A DNA stretch of 64,000 bases from Bacillales bacterium UBA4278 (GCA_002395065.1 DGVS01000005.1:394-64393), one strand, 5' to 3'; counted from the stretch's first letter, positions 44,645 to 54,508 are shown. Made by a program: numbers and translations. Notes: generated from the sequence alone by a model not told the origin.

Positions 44645-45771
44645 TGAAAGTCATGCTTGGCTTAAGTGGTGGTGTTGACTCTGCCGTCGCAGCATACCTT
44701 CTAAAGAAGGAAGGTTATGATGTTGTCTGTTGCTTTATGCGTAATTGGGACGCGATGGCAAATGGAGATTACCTTGGTAATCCAACTGTAAATGATGATC
44801 AATGTCCACAAGAAAAAGACTATCAAGATGCCCAAAAAGTTGCCGCTAAACTTGGTCTTCCACTCTTAAGAGTGGACTTTATTAAAGAATACTGGGATCA
44901 TGTTTTCTCATTCTTCATTGAAGAATATGAACACGGAAGAACACCGAACCCTGATATTTTGTGTAACAAATACATTAAGTTTGATGCCTTTTTAAAGCTT
45001 GCTAAAGAGCATGGCTGTGACATGATCGCGATGGGGCACTATGCATCTAGAGAAGAAAAAGATGGTCATTTCTATTTAAAGAAATGCGCCGATACAAACA
45101 AAGATCAAACATATTTCTTATCTCAGATTAATGAAGAACAAATTCGTTCATGTCTATTTCCATTAGGAAATATCGACAAAACTGAAGTCAGACGAATCGC
45201 TCATGAATTACAACTCGATTCAGTGATGGATAAAAAAGACTCTACTGGAGTTTGTTTTATCGGCGAAAGAAACTTCCGTGAATTCTTAAAGAACTATATT
45301 CCTGCACAAAGTGGCAATATCATAGATATTGATACAGGTAAAATTATTGGAACACATCGTGGTGTTTACTATTACACGATTGGTCAACATAAAGGACTAG
45401 GAATCGGTGGTATTTCAGGCGAAACAGCGACAGGATGGTTCATTGTTAAAAAGGATGCTAAGAAAAACATCCTTTATGTTACGCGTGGAGACGCACAACA
45501 ATATTTAATGTCTAATAAGTGTGTTGTTCGTAAGCTGAATATTATTAACCCGAATGAAAAGTTCCCTCAAAAAGTTGGAGTAAAATTCCGTTATCGTCAG
45601 CCAGATCATCCGGCAATAATCAATCTTGAAGAAGATGCGATTATTTGTACATACGACTGCTATAAAGCAGTCACCCCTGGACAAGAAGCTGTTTTCTATA
45701 ATAAAGACGGTCTTCTGATTGCTTCAGGAACAATTGACGAAGTTTATCTTGATGATAAACGAATCGATTAA
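44644..45771 (+). CDS. mnmA: tRNA 2-thiouridine(34) synthase MnmA
   Basis: PP-loop GLSGGVDSAVAA, ..NPDILCN.. and ..KDQTYFL.. Confidence 0.95.
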   Translation: MKVMLGLSGGVDSAVAAYLLKKEGYDVVCCFMRNWDAMANGDYLGNPTVNDDQCPQEKDYQDAQKVAAKLGLPLLRVDFIKEYWDHVFSFFIEEYEHGRTPNPDILCNKYIKFDAFLKLAKEHGCDMIAMGHYASREEKDGHFYLKKCADTNKDQTYFLSQINEEQIRSCLFPLGNIDKTEVRRIAHELQLDSVMDKKDSTGVCFIGERNFREFLKNYIPAQSGNIIDIDTGKIIGTHRGVYYYTIGQHKGLGIGGISGETATGWFIVKKDAKKNILYVTRGDAQQYLMSNKCVVRKLNIINPNEKFPQKVGVKFRYRQPDHPAIINLEEDAIICTYDCYKAVTPGQEAVFYNKDGLLIASGTIDEVYLDDKRID

Positions 45772-45776
45772 AGAAA

Positions 45777-45801
45777 ACACACCTTATAGGTGTGTCTTTT
45801 T
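45777..45801. terminator. Terminator between convergent mnmA and the ABC operon
   Basis: ACACACCT-tat-AGGTGTGT followed by CTTTTT. Confidence 0.75.
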
Positions 45802-45815
45802 ATAAAAGTCAATAA

Positions 45816-46841
45816 TTAACCAAGAATCGCTGAGTCTGAGAGAGTATCATTCTCACTTGATTTAGAGAACATATCCAACAGCTGAGTGATAGTTAATTTT
45901 TTCTTTTCATCTCCACTAACATCAACAGTGATCTTTCCCTTAGACATCATTATGAGACGGTTGCCATATTTAATGGCATCGTTCATGTTGTGGGTAATCA
46001 TAATTGTTGTTAAGTGTTGCTCACGAACAATGCGTTCAGTAATCTCGAGAACTTTTGAGGCAGTTTTTGGATCCAAAGCAGCGGTATGTTCGTCTAATAA
46101 AAGAACTGGTTTGGTGACGTCATATTCGCGTATTTTTGTATCGAAAGCATTATATGCTTCTTTGATTTTGTGAGACTTTTCTTGAACACTTAACCCATGA
46201 TCTTTGACAATTGATTTAACCTTAGCTTTATAAATTTCTTTCTGTTCGTGATAGACACGTTCAACTTCTTCTTTAGCTTCGTCACGACGAGCTGGATTGA
46301 ATTTGACATAGTCTTTACGAATTTGCTTAAAGCTTGGTTTTTGAGAAATGGTAGCCATTAACAAAGTAATTGCTTGTCTTTGTCCTCCGGACAATAAGCC
46401 GACCTTTTGATAGAGTCTTGATTCAAGCCCTAATCCTAAGGATTTTAATTGTTCTTCGTAGTAGGATTTATCTTTATTGGAAATAGACCAACGGAACATT
46501 GAATTACGTTTTCCGCGGTTTCTTGCTAAAGCAAGGTTTTCGATGACAGTCATGTCAGTCGCTGTACCTTTCATCGGGTCTTGGAAGACGTGTCCAAAGT
46601 AAGGCGCACGACGATGTTCGCTTAAATTAGCAACATTGGTTCCGTTAAGTAAAATGAAACCAGTATCCGCTTCAAGTGAACCAGAAATAATGTTAAGTAA
46701 TGTTGATTTACCAGCACCATTTGAACCGATGACGGTGATAAAGTCACCTTCATTTAGAACTAGGTTAAGGTTATCAATTGCTTTGTGTTCGTTGACCGTT
46801 CCAGGGTTAAATGTTTTAGTGATATTTTTTAGTTCAATCAT
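45816..46841 (-). CDS. ABC transporter ATP-binding protein (COG1101 type) with a ~80-aa insertion between the signature motif and Walker B
   Basis: Walker A GSNGAGKST, Q-loop, signature LSGGQRQ, Walker B LLLDEHTAALD and H-loop ITHN. About 80 extra K/E-rich residues (aa ~166-245) separate LSGGQRQAITLLMATI from LLLDE. Confidence 0.88.
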   Translation of the reverse strand: MIELKNITKTFNPGTVNEHKAIDNLNLVLNEGDFITVIGSNGAGKSTLLNIISGSLEADTGFILLNGTNVANLSEHRRAPYFGHVFQDPMKGTATDMTVIENLALARNRGKRNSMFRWSISNKDKSYYEEQLKSLGLGLESRLYQKVGLLSGGQRQAITLLMATISQKPSFKQIRKDYVKFNPARRDEAKEEVERVYHEQKEIYKAKVKSIVKDHGLSVQEKSHKIKEAYNAFDTKIREYDVTKPVLLLDEHTAALDPKTASKVLEITERIVREQHLTTIMITHNMNDAIKYGNRLIMMSKGKITVDVSGDEKKKLTITQLLDMFSKSSENDTLSDSAILG

Positions 46842-47767
46842 TTGGTATCTCCCCCTTTCACAATTTTCTTGTTTTGATAATGTTTCTTAATTCTCATACC
46901 ATAGGTATGTTGTAGGTAAGGAACACCAAGGAAAATAATGACGATCACGGCTGCAAGCATCTTCAACAAGTTGGTGTCTAGTCCAAGGAAAACAACAGTT
47001 TGGAAGATAATATAATAAATTAATCCGCCTACTGCGCATCCAAGTAAACGAACGAGGAAGTTTTGCGAAATCTTGCTCATAATCGCTGTACCGATAACAA
47101 CCGCGCAAAGTCCAATAACGATGGCGCCTTTGCCCATGTTGATATCCGCGAAGCCCTGGTACTGCGCTAAAAGCGCACCAGAAAGGGCCACTAGAGCATT
47201 GGAAATCATTAGACCGAGCACAATATTAAACTTTGTATTAATGCCTTGTGCACGGGCCATATCCTGGTTGTTACCAGTTGCACGAATCGAAGCGCCAAGT
47301 TGTGTACCAAAGAAAAGGTAGAGTATTACGACAATAAGACCAATAATCAGTGCCCCTTTCCAAAGAGCATCTCCAACAAGTCCTTGACTGAAAATAACAG
47401 TGTTTGAATAAACGGAAACAGCAACGTTACTCTTGCCAGCACTAATAATTAAGTTGATACTCCATAAAGCCATTTGCGTTAAAATACCAGCCAAAATTGC
47501 TGGGATACCTAATAAGGTATGGAGTAAACCGGTAATTAATCCGCATATTGCACCAGCGAGTGTTGCGATAACAAGAGCAAGAATAAAATGCATACCGCTT
47601 GTAATTAAGACGGCAGCAACGATTCCACCTGTCACAAAAGAGCCGTCGACAGTTAAGTCGGCGATATTAAGAACCTTATAAGTGATATAAACCCCGATGG
47701 CCATCACACTCCAAATTAAACCGAGTGATAATGCCCCAGGAAGAGTATTTAAGAAATCGAGCATCAT
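46838..47767 (-). CDS. ABC transporter permease (COG4120 type)
   Basis: 309 aa, polytopic, with a 4-nt overlap with the ATPase gene. Confidence 0.8.
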   Translation of the reverse strand: MMLDFLNTLPGALSLGLIWSVMAIGVYITYKVLNIADLTVDGSFVTGGIVAAVLITSGMHFILALVIATLAGAICGLITGLLHTLLGIPAILAGILTQMALWSINLIISAGKSNVAVSVYSNTVIFSQGLVGDALWKGALIIGLIVVILYLFFGTQLGASIRATGNNQDMARAQGINTKFNIVLGLMISNALVALSGALLAQYQGFADINMGKGAIVIGLCAVVIGTAIMSKISQNFLVRLLGCAVGGLIYYIIFQTVVFLGLDTNLLKMLAAVIVIIFLGVPYLQHTYGMRIKKHYQNKKIVKGGDTK

Positions 47768-47776
47768 TTTTCCTTA

Positions 47777-48793
47777 TTATTTTTTGAGGAAATCTTTAAA
47801 GATTTCAGTAAGCATTTTAGCTTGTTCGGTAAGTGGGGCAAGATCACTTGTTCCAGAAACGTTTGTTCCAACGACACCACTAAAGTTTGGAATGTTTAAA
47901 GCTACGCCGTATTCAGTAACGGAAGTTCCGAGAACTGGAATTGGTTTTTGAGCAGTTGCGTTAGCAGCAGCTTGCAAAGCTGGTGTTGCGTTAGCCATAA
48001 TTAAATCATAGTTATGTGAAACAAAGTTGTTAGCAATCACAGAGCATGTTGGAATGTCGCCTGAAGCATTCTTGACATCAAATGTAACGTGCGATTCTCC
48101 GAGACCTTGTATAACAGCATCTTTGAAGCCTTGAGTAGCGGCATCAAGAGCTGGATGTTGAATGAGTTGTGAAATACCAATCGTAAACGATTGATTGGAT
48201 GAATTTTGGAATGCAATTGGTGCTGGTGTTACTGCCGTAGCATTCGAATTGACTTCAACATAATCGGATGGGACAGTAATTCCCAGTTCATTACAAATTT
48301 CCGCGTTATATTTCTTCACTGGATTTTGATCGTAAGCAATTTCCATTGTCTTAATGTCGGCATGACCGAGTAAAACCTCAACGGCCATTTCTCCGGTCTT
48401 AAATCCAATATTGTAGTAGTTGATGGAGAGTGTGATTGCTCCACAGCCTTTGCAAATACCTTCTTCGCCAGCATAAACTGGTTTTTTGTTAGCACGAGCA
48501 ATATTGTTAATGATTTCAGTATTTGCTGCACAGGTATTGTCAGTTGGGATATAAATGCTGTCAATATCATTGATATTGCCATTTAAAACAGCAGAGATAT
48601 CGTTGGAATCGGAGAATGAGATGAGTTTAGCTGTGTAGCCTTTTTTCTCCAATTCTTCTTTTACAACGTTTACTTGATAAATTGAATTGGCTTCGGCTGA
48701 ACAATAAAGCAAACCAACATTAGCGTGTTGTTTACTACAACCTGCTAAGCAGGCTAGTGCAGTCGCTGCCATTAAGAAGAGACCTTTTTTCAT
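47777..48793 (-). CDS. ABC transporter substrate-binding lipoprotein (COG2984 / ABC_sub_bind type)
   Basis: Lipobox MKKGLFLMAATALACLAGCSK and the two-lobed periplasmic-binding-protein pattern typical of this family. Confidence 0.8.
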   Translation of the reverse strand: MKKGLFLMAATALACLAGCSKQHANVGLLYCSAEANSIYQVNVVKEELEKKGYTAKLISFSDSNDISAVLNGNINDIDSIYIPTDNTCAANTEIINNIARANKKPVYAGEEGICKGCGAITLSINYYNIGFKTGEMAVEVLLGHADIKTMEIAYDQNPVKKYNAEICNELGITVPSDYVEVNSNATAVTPAPIAFQNSSNQSFTIGISQLIQHPALDAATQGFKDAVIQGLGESHVTFDVKNASGDIPTCSVIANNFVSHNYDLIMANATPALQAAANATAQKPIPVLGTSVTEYGVALNIPNFSGVVGTNVSGTSDLAPLTEQAKMLTEIFKDFLKK

Positions 48794-49011
48794 AATTTTA
48801 CCTCTTAATCACTTTCTATTTATGTTTGATTCACCTAATTTGGTGAAAGTTTTCTAATAATTCATTAATTATCTGAAAATTTGAAATGTTGCTTAAATTC
48901 TACAAAATTTAACGCTTTTTGTATATAGAAATTTTTTGATGAGTTTTTGAATGTACTTGTTATTTTGCTATCGGTATTTTATAATTGTGCCGAAAGATGA
49001 GGAACGGAACA

Positions 49012-50412
49012 ATGTATATTTCAGTCAAAGAAGCAGCAGAAAAGTGGGGAATTAACGAACGTCGTGTTCGTCTTTTATGCCAGGAAAACCGCATCGAAGG
49101 TTTAAAGAAGAAAGGTAAAGCTTATCTTATTCCAGACAACGCACCAAAACCACTTGATCGAAGAGGCAAAACAAATCCTATTAAAATTAATAATAATAAA
49201 GAAATAAATTTCGCGACATATCGTAAAGAATATCCGACAAAAGACGGTTATTTTGGCGAATATGGTGGGTCTTATTTTGATGAAAAAACAAACAAGATTT
49301 TCCAAGAAATCTATAATGCCTACCTCACCATTTGTAAATCCTCGAAATTTATCAACGAATTACGTGAAATCCGCAAGAATTACCAAGGAAGACCAACACC
49401 AGTTTATCACTGTGAACGTCTCTCAAATTACCTTGGAAAAGTTCAAATTTATTTGAAAAGAGAAGATTTAAACCATAATGGTTCTCATAAACTAAATAAC
49501 TGCATGGGCCAAGCACTTTTAGCAAAATATCTTGGCAAAACTAAGTTAATTGCCGAAACTGGTGCTGGTTCTCATGGCTCAGCTGTGGCAACTGCAGCAG
49601 CTTATTTTGGTCTAAAATGTGACATTTATATGGGCGCTGTTGATATGGAAAAACAAGCACCAAATGTGAACCGCATGAAAATGCTTGGAGCACGAGTTAT
49701 TCCAGTTTATGAAGGAACTCAAACACTAAAAGAAGCTGTTGATGTTGCTTTTGTAAATTATTTAAAAGAATCTAAAGATGCTTTCTATCTTATGGGTTCA
49801 GCTGTCGGACCTCATCCTTATCCACTAATTGTGAGGGATTTCCAGGAAATTATTGGTCGAGAAGCACGTGAACAGTTCTTAGAAATGACTGGAGAATTAC
49901 CTGATATTGTTTGTGCGTGTGTCGGTGGCGGAAGTAACGCTATCGGTATGTTTGAAGTTTTCTTAAATGATCCAGTCCAAATTGTTGGTGTTGAGCCAAT
50001 GGGTACTGGAAAGGAAATTGGTAAAAATGCCGCATCGATGACTTTTGGTAAGCCTTATGTTCTCCATGGATTTAAAAACCGTGTCTTATTAAATAAAGAT
50101 GGTAGCGTGGCTAATGCTTACTCCATCGCTTCTGGTCTAGATTATCCAGGAGTTGGACCAGAACACTGTTTCCTTCATGATATTGGTCGAGTTGAATATG
50201 ATAGTGTGACTGATGAGGAAGCGTTAGAAGCTTTCAAGCTTCTTTCAAGACTTGAAGGTATTATTCCGGCAATCGAATCAGCACATGCACTAGCTTACGC
50301 CATTCGCATTGCTCGTACTCGTCATTCTGGTTCAATCCTTGTCAATTTAAGTGGACGAGGAGATAAAGATCTCGACTACATCATGAAAAAATACCCAGAA
50401 ATTCTTGAATAA
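49012..50412 (+). CDS. trpB: Tryptophan synthase beta chain (TrpB1-like) with an N-terminal MerR/excisionase-type HTH domain
   Basis: The N-terminus [41 protein letters not shown] resembles an HTH_17-like domain. The TrpB core follows: [10 protein letters not shown].., [22 protein letters not shown] (PLP lysine), [18 protein letters not shown] and [12 protein letters not shown]. The GAGGAA RBS favours the ATG at 49012 over the track start at 48985. Confidence 0.85.
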   Translation: MYISVKEAAEKWGINERRVRLLCQENRIEGLKKKGKAYLIPDNAPKPLDRRGKTNPIKINNNKEINFATYRKEYPTKDGYFGEYGGSYFDEKTNKIFQEIYNAYLTICKSSKFINELREIRKNYQGRPTPVYHCERLSNYLGKVQIYLKREDLNHNGSHKLNNCMGQALLAKYLGKTKLIAETGAGSHGSAVATAAAYFGLKCDIYMGAVDMEKQAPNVNRMKMLGARVIPVYEGTQTLKEAVDVAFVNYLKESKDAFYLMGSAVGPHPYPLIVRDFQEIIGREAREQFLEMTGELPDIVCACVGGGSNAIGMFEVFLNDPVQIVGVEPMGTGKEIGKNAASMTFGKPYVLHGFKNRVLLNKDGSVANAYSIASGLDYPGVGPEHCFLHDIGRVEYDSVTDEEALEAFKLLSRLEGIIPAIESAHALAYAIRIARTRHSGSILVNLSGRGDKDLDYIMKKYPEILE

Positions 50413-50434
50413 TTGTTTTAATTATTCGAATTTG

Positions 50435-50600
50435 TGATATATTTATTGTGCTCCGATAAAGGAACTTGCCACTCCTTTGGAGATGATGAAGAATCATCGT
50501 GTCTCTGCGTTAAAGAGAAAACTAATTAAGTGCAATACAAAGTATTGAAAGAGGATGGTACCGCGATAAGTTCGTTCCTCTGAGATACTTTTTTATTTTG
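50435..50600 (+). promoter_or_regulatory. T-box leader upstream of alaS, with atypically short Stem I architecture
   Basis: Extended -10 TGaTATATT at 50435-50443. T-box core AGAGGATGGTACCGCG at 50550-50565. An antiterminator can be drawn as AGAGGA / bulge TGGTACC / GCGA-taagt-TCGT / TCCTCT. Stem III-like hairpin CAATAC-aaa-GTATTG at 50533-50547. T tract at 50590-50595. Confidence 0.7.
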
Positions 50601-50616
50601 TTTAGGAGGTCAAGAT

Positions 50617-53223
50617 ATGAAATACATGACCGGTCAAGAAATTCGTGAAACATGGTTAAACTTTTTTAAATCCAAAGGACACCATGTTGAAAAAGGTGCT
50701 TCTTTAATTCCATACCAAGATCCAACTTTACTCTGGATTAATTCGGGTGTGGCCGCTTTAAAGAAATACATGGATGGTAGTGAAGTACCACCAAGCCGAA
50801 GAATCACCAATGTCCAGAAGTCAATTCGTACTAATGACATTGAAAATGTCGGTTTTACTGCTCGACATCATACATTCTTCGAAATGCTTGGTAACTTCTC
50901 CATAGGAGACTACTTTAAAAAGGAAGTTATTCCATATGCATTTGAAATTCTCACAAGTGAGAAATATTTTGGAATGCCAAAAGATAAGCTCTATTTCACA
51001 TATAACCCAATTGATGAAGAAACACATCAACTTTGGTTAAAAGAAGGTGTTGAAGAGTCACATCTCATCCCTTTAGAAGGAAACTATTGGGAAATTGGCG
51101 AAGGTCCAGCAGGGCCAAACACAGAAGTGTTTTTTGACCGTGGTGAAAAGTATGATCCTAAACATTTAGGCGTTCGTCTACTTCGTGAAGAAATTGAAAA
51201 CGACAGATACATTGAAATCTGGGGTATTGTTTTTTCACAATTTAACGCCGTTCCTGGCACACCAAGGAGTGAGTACAAGGAATTACCAAGCAAGAACATT
51301 GATACAGGCGCTGGACTAGAACGTATTGCTTGCGTATTACAAGGAACAGAAACGAACTTTGAAACAGACTTATTCCTACCAATTATTAAAAAGATTGAGC
51401 TTATAGCTCAACAACCATATAAAGTTCCATACCTTACCAATTACAGAGTTATTGCTGATCATATTAGAGCTGTGACATTTGCGATTGCTGATGGCGAAAT
51501 TTTCTCAAATGAAGGTCGCGGATATGTTTTACGTCGACTTGTCCGACGTGCAATGAGATTTGCAAAACAAATTGGCATTGAAAAACCATTTATGTACACA
51601 CTTGTTGATGTTGTTATCAACATCTATGCTAAGTTCTACCCAGAAAATGTTTCTAAAGGACCAAGTATTGCTAAGATGGTTAAAGCCGAAGAAGAAAAAT
51701 TCCTTGAGACATTGACTACTGGCGAAGCTATGCTTCGTGAAATGATTATTGGCAAAAATGAACTTTCTGGAATCGATGCTTTTAAACTCTATGACACATT
51801 CGGCTTCCCAATTGATTTAACAATTGAGATTTGTGCTGAAAAAGGTGTTAAAGTTGATCGAGATGGTTTTGAAAAAGAGATGGAAAAGCAAAAAGAACGT
51901 GCTCGTCAAGCTCGTTCAAATGCACAAAGCATGCATAAACAGTCAAAAGACCTACTCGAATTTGTCGCTCCATCTGAGTTTACTTATGAACCAGAACCGC
52001 TTATAGCGGTTGTTATCGGATGTTTCAAAGATGGAGTCCGAGTAAAAGAGATTTCTGACGAAGGCGAGATCATTTTGTCGAGAACAAATTTCTATGCCGA
52101 ATCTGGTGGCGAAGTTGCAGACACAGGTGAAATTTCCAATAATTCTACAACTCTAGAGGTGTTTAACGTAGTTAAAGCTCCAAATAAGCAACATCTTCAT
52201 GCTGTCAAAGTAAAACGCGGTGTTATTAGAGAAGGCGATGAAGTGCGAGCTGAAATTAATATCGAAGATCGTCGATTAATCGAAAGAAACCATACTGCAA
52301 CACACCTTTTACAAGCTGCTTTGGATAAAGTGCTGGGAAACCACATTAAACAAATGGGTTCTTACGTATGTAAGGATTATATGAGATTTGACTTCACTCA
52401 TTATAGTAAAATTACTAGCGAAGAATTAAAAGCTATTGAGTCTGAGGTCAATAAAATGATTGCTGAAGCTATTCCAGCAAACATCCAAATCATGTCTTTA
52501 GCCGATGCAAATAAGCTTGGTGCTAAAGCTTTCTTCTCTGAAAAATATGGTGATGAAGTTCGTGTTGTTGCTTATAGCAACAGGTCAATTGAATTTTGTG
52601 GTGGTTGCCACGTTAAGAACACTTCTGAAATTGGAGTGTTTGTTATTGAAAGCGAATCATCAATCGCATCTGGAGTGCGAAGAATTCAAGGTCGTTCATC
52701 TGTTGGTGCCTATGAATTAATAAAAGAACGACAAGACACTTTAAAACAAATTGTTGAGAGCGTTGGTGCTTATAGCACCAGTGATGCATTAAATAAGATT
52801 CATAATATGTTAGAGGAACTCAACAAAGTTAATCGTCGCTTATCGTCGCTGATGGATCGAATCTCTCACTCAAGCGCTAATGATGCCCTTGAACAGTTTA
52901 TCGATCTTAAAGGATATAAGGTTTTAGCGAAATATGTTAAAGGCGCTTCAATGGAAAATCTAAATTCCATGGGTGATGATCTTAAAGTCAAATTTAATGA
53001 TTATGCTATCCTCCTTATAGGAGGAGATGGTGATTCTCTGCCAATTTCAGTATTTATTGGTGGCTCAGCGTTACGAAAAAATATGGCTGGAAATCTTGTT
53101 CGAGAAGTCGCTAAACACCTCGGGGGTGGTGGCGGAGGACGCCCGAATATGGCAAACGGTTCTGGCCGCGATTCAACAAAGATAGAATCCGCTATTCAGT
53201 TATTCAAGGAGACTCTTCAATGA
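50617..53223 (+). CDS. alaS: Alanine--tRNA ligase
   Basis: ..RHHTFFEMLGNFS.. and ..WEIGEGPAGPNTE.. An editing-domain HxxxH motif (NHTATHLL) and a C-terminal DHHA1 domain (GGGGGGRPNMA). AGGAGG lies 7 nt upstream. Confidence 0.97.
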   Translation: MKYMTGQEIRETWLNFFKSKGHHVEKGASLIPYQDPTLLWINSGVAALKKYMDGSEVPPSRRITNVQKSIRTNDIENVGFTARHHTFFEMLGNFSIGDYFKKEVIPYAFEILTSEKYFGMPKDKLYFTYNPIDEETHQLWLKEGVEESHLIPLEGNYWEIGEGPAGPNTEVFFDRGEKYDPKHLGVRLLREEIENDRYIEIWGIVFSQFNAVPGTPRSEYKELPSKNIDTGAGLERIACVLQGTETNFETDLFLPIIKKIELIAQQPYKVPYLTNYRVIADHIRAVTFAIADGEIFSNEGRGYVLRRLVRRAMRFAKQIGIEKPFMYTLVDVVINIYAKFYPENVSKGPSIAKMVKAEEEKFLETLTTGEAMLREMIIGKNELSGIDAFKLYDTFGFPIDLTIEICAEKGVKVDRDGFEKEMEKQKERARQARSNAQSMHKQSKDLLEFVAPSEFTYEPEPLIAVVIGCFKDGVRVKEISDEGEIILSRTNFYAESGGEVADTGEISNNSTTLEVFNVVKAPNKQHLHAVKVKRGVIREGDEVRAEINIEDRRLIERNHTATHLLQAALDKVLGNHIKQMGSYVCKDYMRFDFTHYSKITSEELKAIESEVNKMIAEAIPANIQIMSLADANKLGAKAFFSEKYGDEVRVVAYSNRSIEFCGGCHVKNTSEIGVFVIESESSIASGVRRIQGRSSVGAYELIKERQDTLKQIVESVGAYSTSDALNKIHNMLEELNKVNRRLSSLMDRISHSSANDALEQFIDLKGYKVLAKYVKGASMENLNSMGDDLKVKFNDYAILLIGGDGDSLPISVFIGGSALRKNMAGNLVREVAKHLGGGGGGRPNMANGSGRDSTKIESAIQLFKETLQ

Positions 53224-53651
53224 GTAAAATCCTCGGACTTGATTTAGGAACTACAACACTTGGTATTGCTGTTACCGATGCTATAAGCATCGCAGTACAT
53301 CCAAGAGAAGTTTATCGGTTTGAAAAAGGAAACTTTAAAAAAGCGCGAGAGCATGTTTTAGAAATTTGTGAAAAAGAAAATATAAATGAATTAGTTATTG
53401 GGGTTCCATATTACGAATCAGGCGACCTATCTCCACATGCCAAAAGTTGCTTAAGATTTAAAAATGATTTGCTTATAGCAAATAGCGAATTAATTATTCA
53501 CGAAATTGATGAATCTTACTCAACGATTGATGCAGACGAAAAATTAAAAGAAATGAATTTGTCTTATGAAAAACGCAAAGCGCATGTAGATGAGTACGCA
53601 GCTGTCGTGATTCTAGAACGATATCTTAGAAAACTGGAGGAACAGAAATGA
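53220..53651 (+). CDS. ruvX: Putative pre-16S rRNA nuclease / Holliday junction resolvase-like RuvX (YqgF)
   Basis: ILGLDLGTTTLGIAV N-terminus and a 4-nt overlap with alaS. Confidence 0.9.
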   Translation: MSKILGLDLGTTTLGIAVTDAISIAVHPREVYRFEKGNFKKAREHVLEICEKENINELVIGVPYYESGDLSPHAKSCLRFKNDLLIANSELIIHEIDESYSTIDADEKLKEMNLSYEKRKAHVDEYAAVVILERYLRKLEEQK

Positions 53652-53920
53652 AAAACCCATTGTTGGAAGATGAAATTTTAATTACCGATGAAAACGGAGT
53701 CGAACAAGTGATGAAAATTCTCTTCACATACGAGAATGAAGAACGTCAAAAAATGTATGCCTTCTTGTATAAAGAAGGTGATGAAGATAATGTCGTTCCT
53801 GTTTCGATAAACGAAAAGGATTCTTCAATTGAGGTCATTGAAGACGAAAAAGAGCTTGAAGAAGTTGAAGAAGTTTTCAATTGCTTCCTTGATGACCCAA
53901 AAATGAAGGAAATTAAATAA
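53648..53920 (+). CDS. DUF1292 family protein (YrzB-like)
   Basis: ITDENGVEQVMKILFTYENEE..KMYAFL.. pattern, in the conserved position after ruvX. Confidence 0.75.
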   Translation: MKNPLLEDEILITDENGVEQVMKILFTYENEERQKMYAFLYKEGDEDNVVPVSINEKDSSIEVIEDEKELEEVEEVFNCFLDDPKMKEIK

Positions 53921-53985
53921 TTTGTTGTTTACAACATTAAATATGATTGGTAAACTCTTTATTGCGATTTAGGAGGCTTTAAAAG

Positions 53986-54465
53986 ATGGCCACAGAAAAA
54001 ATTGAATTAACAAAAGAAGGCGAAGCTAAGTTAACTAAAGAACTTCGTCACTTAATTGATATTGATCGTCCAGAAGTCTTGGATCAACTTGCTGCCGCTC
54101 GTGCACAAGGCGACTTGAGCGAAAACGCCGACTATGATGCAGCGCGTAATAAACAAGCTGAAGTTGAAGCTCGAATTAAAGAAATCGAAAATATTTTAGC
54201 AAATGCTAAAATTATCGAAGAAAAGAAACAAACAAGTAAGCTTGTTGCTCTTGGTTCAACAGTTGAAATCAAAGATCTTAGCGATAACACCAAGGCAACC
54301 TATACCATCGTTGGTACAGTTGAAGCTAACCCAACTAAAGGATTGATCTCCAATGTCTCTCCACTTGGAAAAGCCATTGTTGGTAAAAAAGTTGGTGACA
54401 TCTGTGTTGTGCGTGTTGCTCGCGAATACAAAGTCGAAATCTTAAAGCTTACAACTGGTAAATGA
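53986..54465 (+). CDS. greA: Transcription elongation factor GreA
   Basis: ..AAARAQGDLSENADYDAA.. coiled-coil tip with the acidic residues, and typical length. Confidence 0.95.
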   Translation: MATEKIELTKEGEAKLTKELRHLIDIDRPEVLDQLAAARAQGDLSENADYDAARNKQAEVEARIKEIENILANAKIIEEKKQTSKLVALGSTVEIKDLSDNTKATYTIVGTVEANPTKGLISNVSPLGKAIVGKKVGDICVVRVAREYKVEILKLTTGK

Positions 54466-54485
54466 GATTCCCACCTCAAAAAATT

Positions 54486-54508
54486 AAGGTACCTTTGGTA
54501 CCTTTTTT
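54486..54508 (+). terminator. Rho-independent terminator after greA
   Basis: AAGGTACC-ttt-GGTACCTT followed by TTTT. Confidence 0.85.

Noticed and set aside
48794-49011. Looked for a Trp T-box or TRAP-type (GAG/TAG repeat) leader upstream of the TrpXYZ-like ABC operon on the minus strand
   Set aside because: No GGTGGTACC-type T-box core (or its complement) and no triplet-repeat array are present. Only a short palindrome (48830-48847) was seen.
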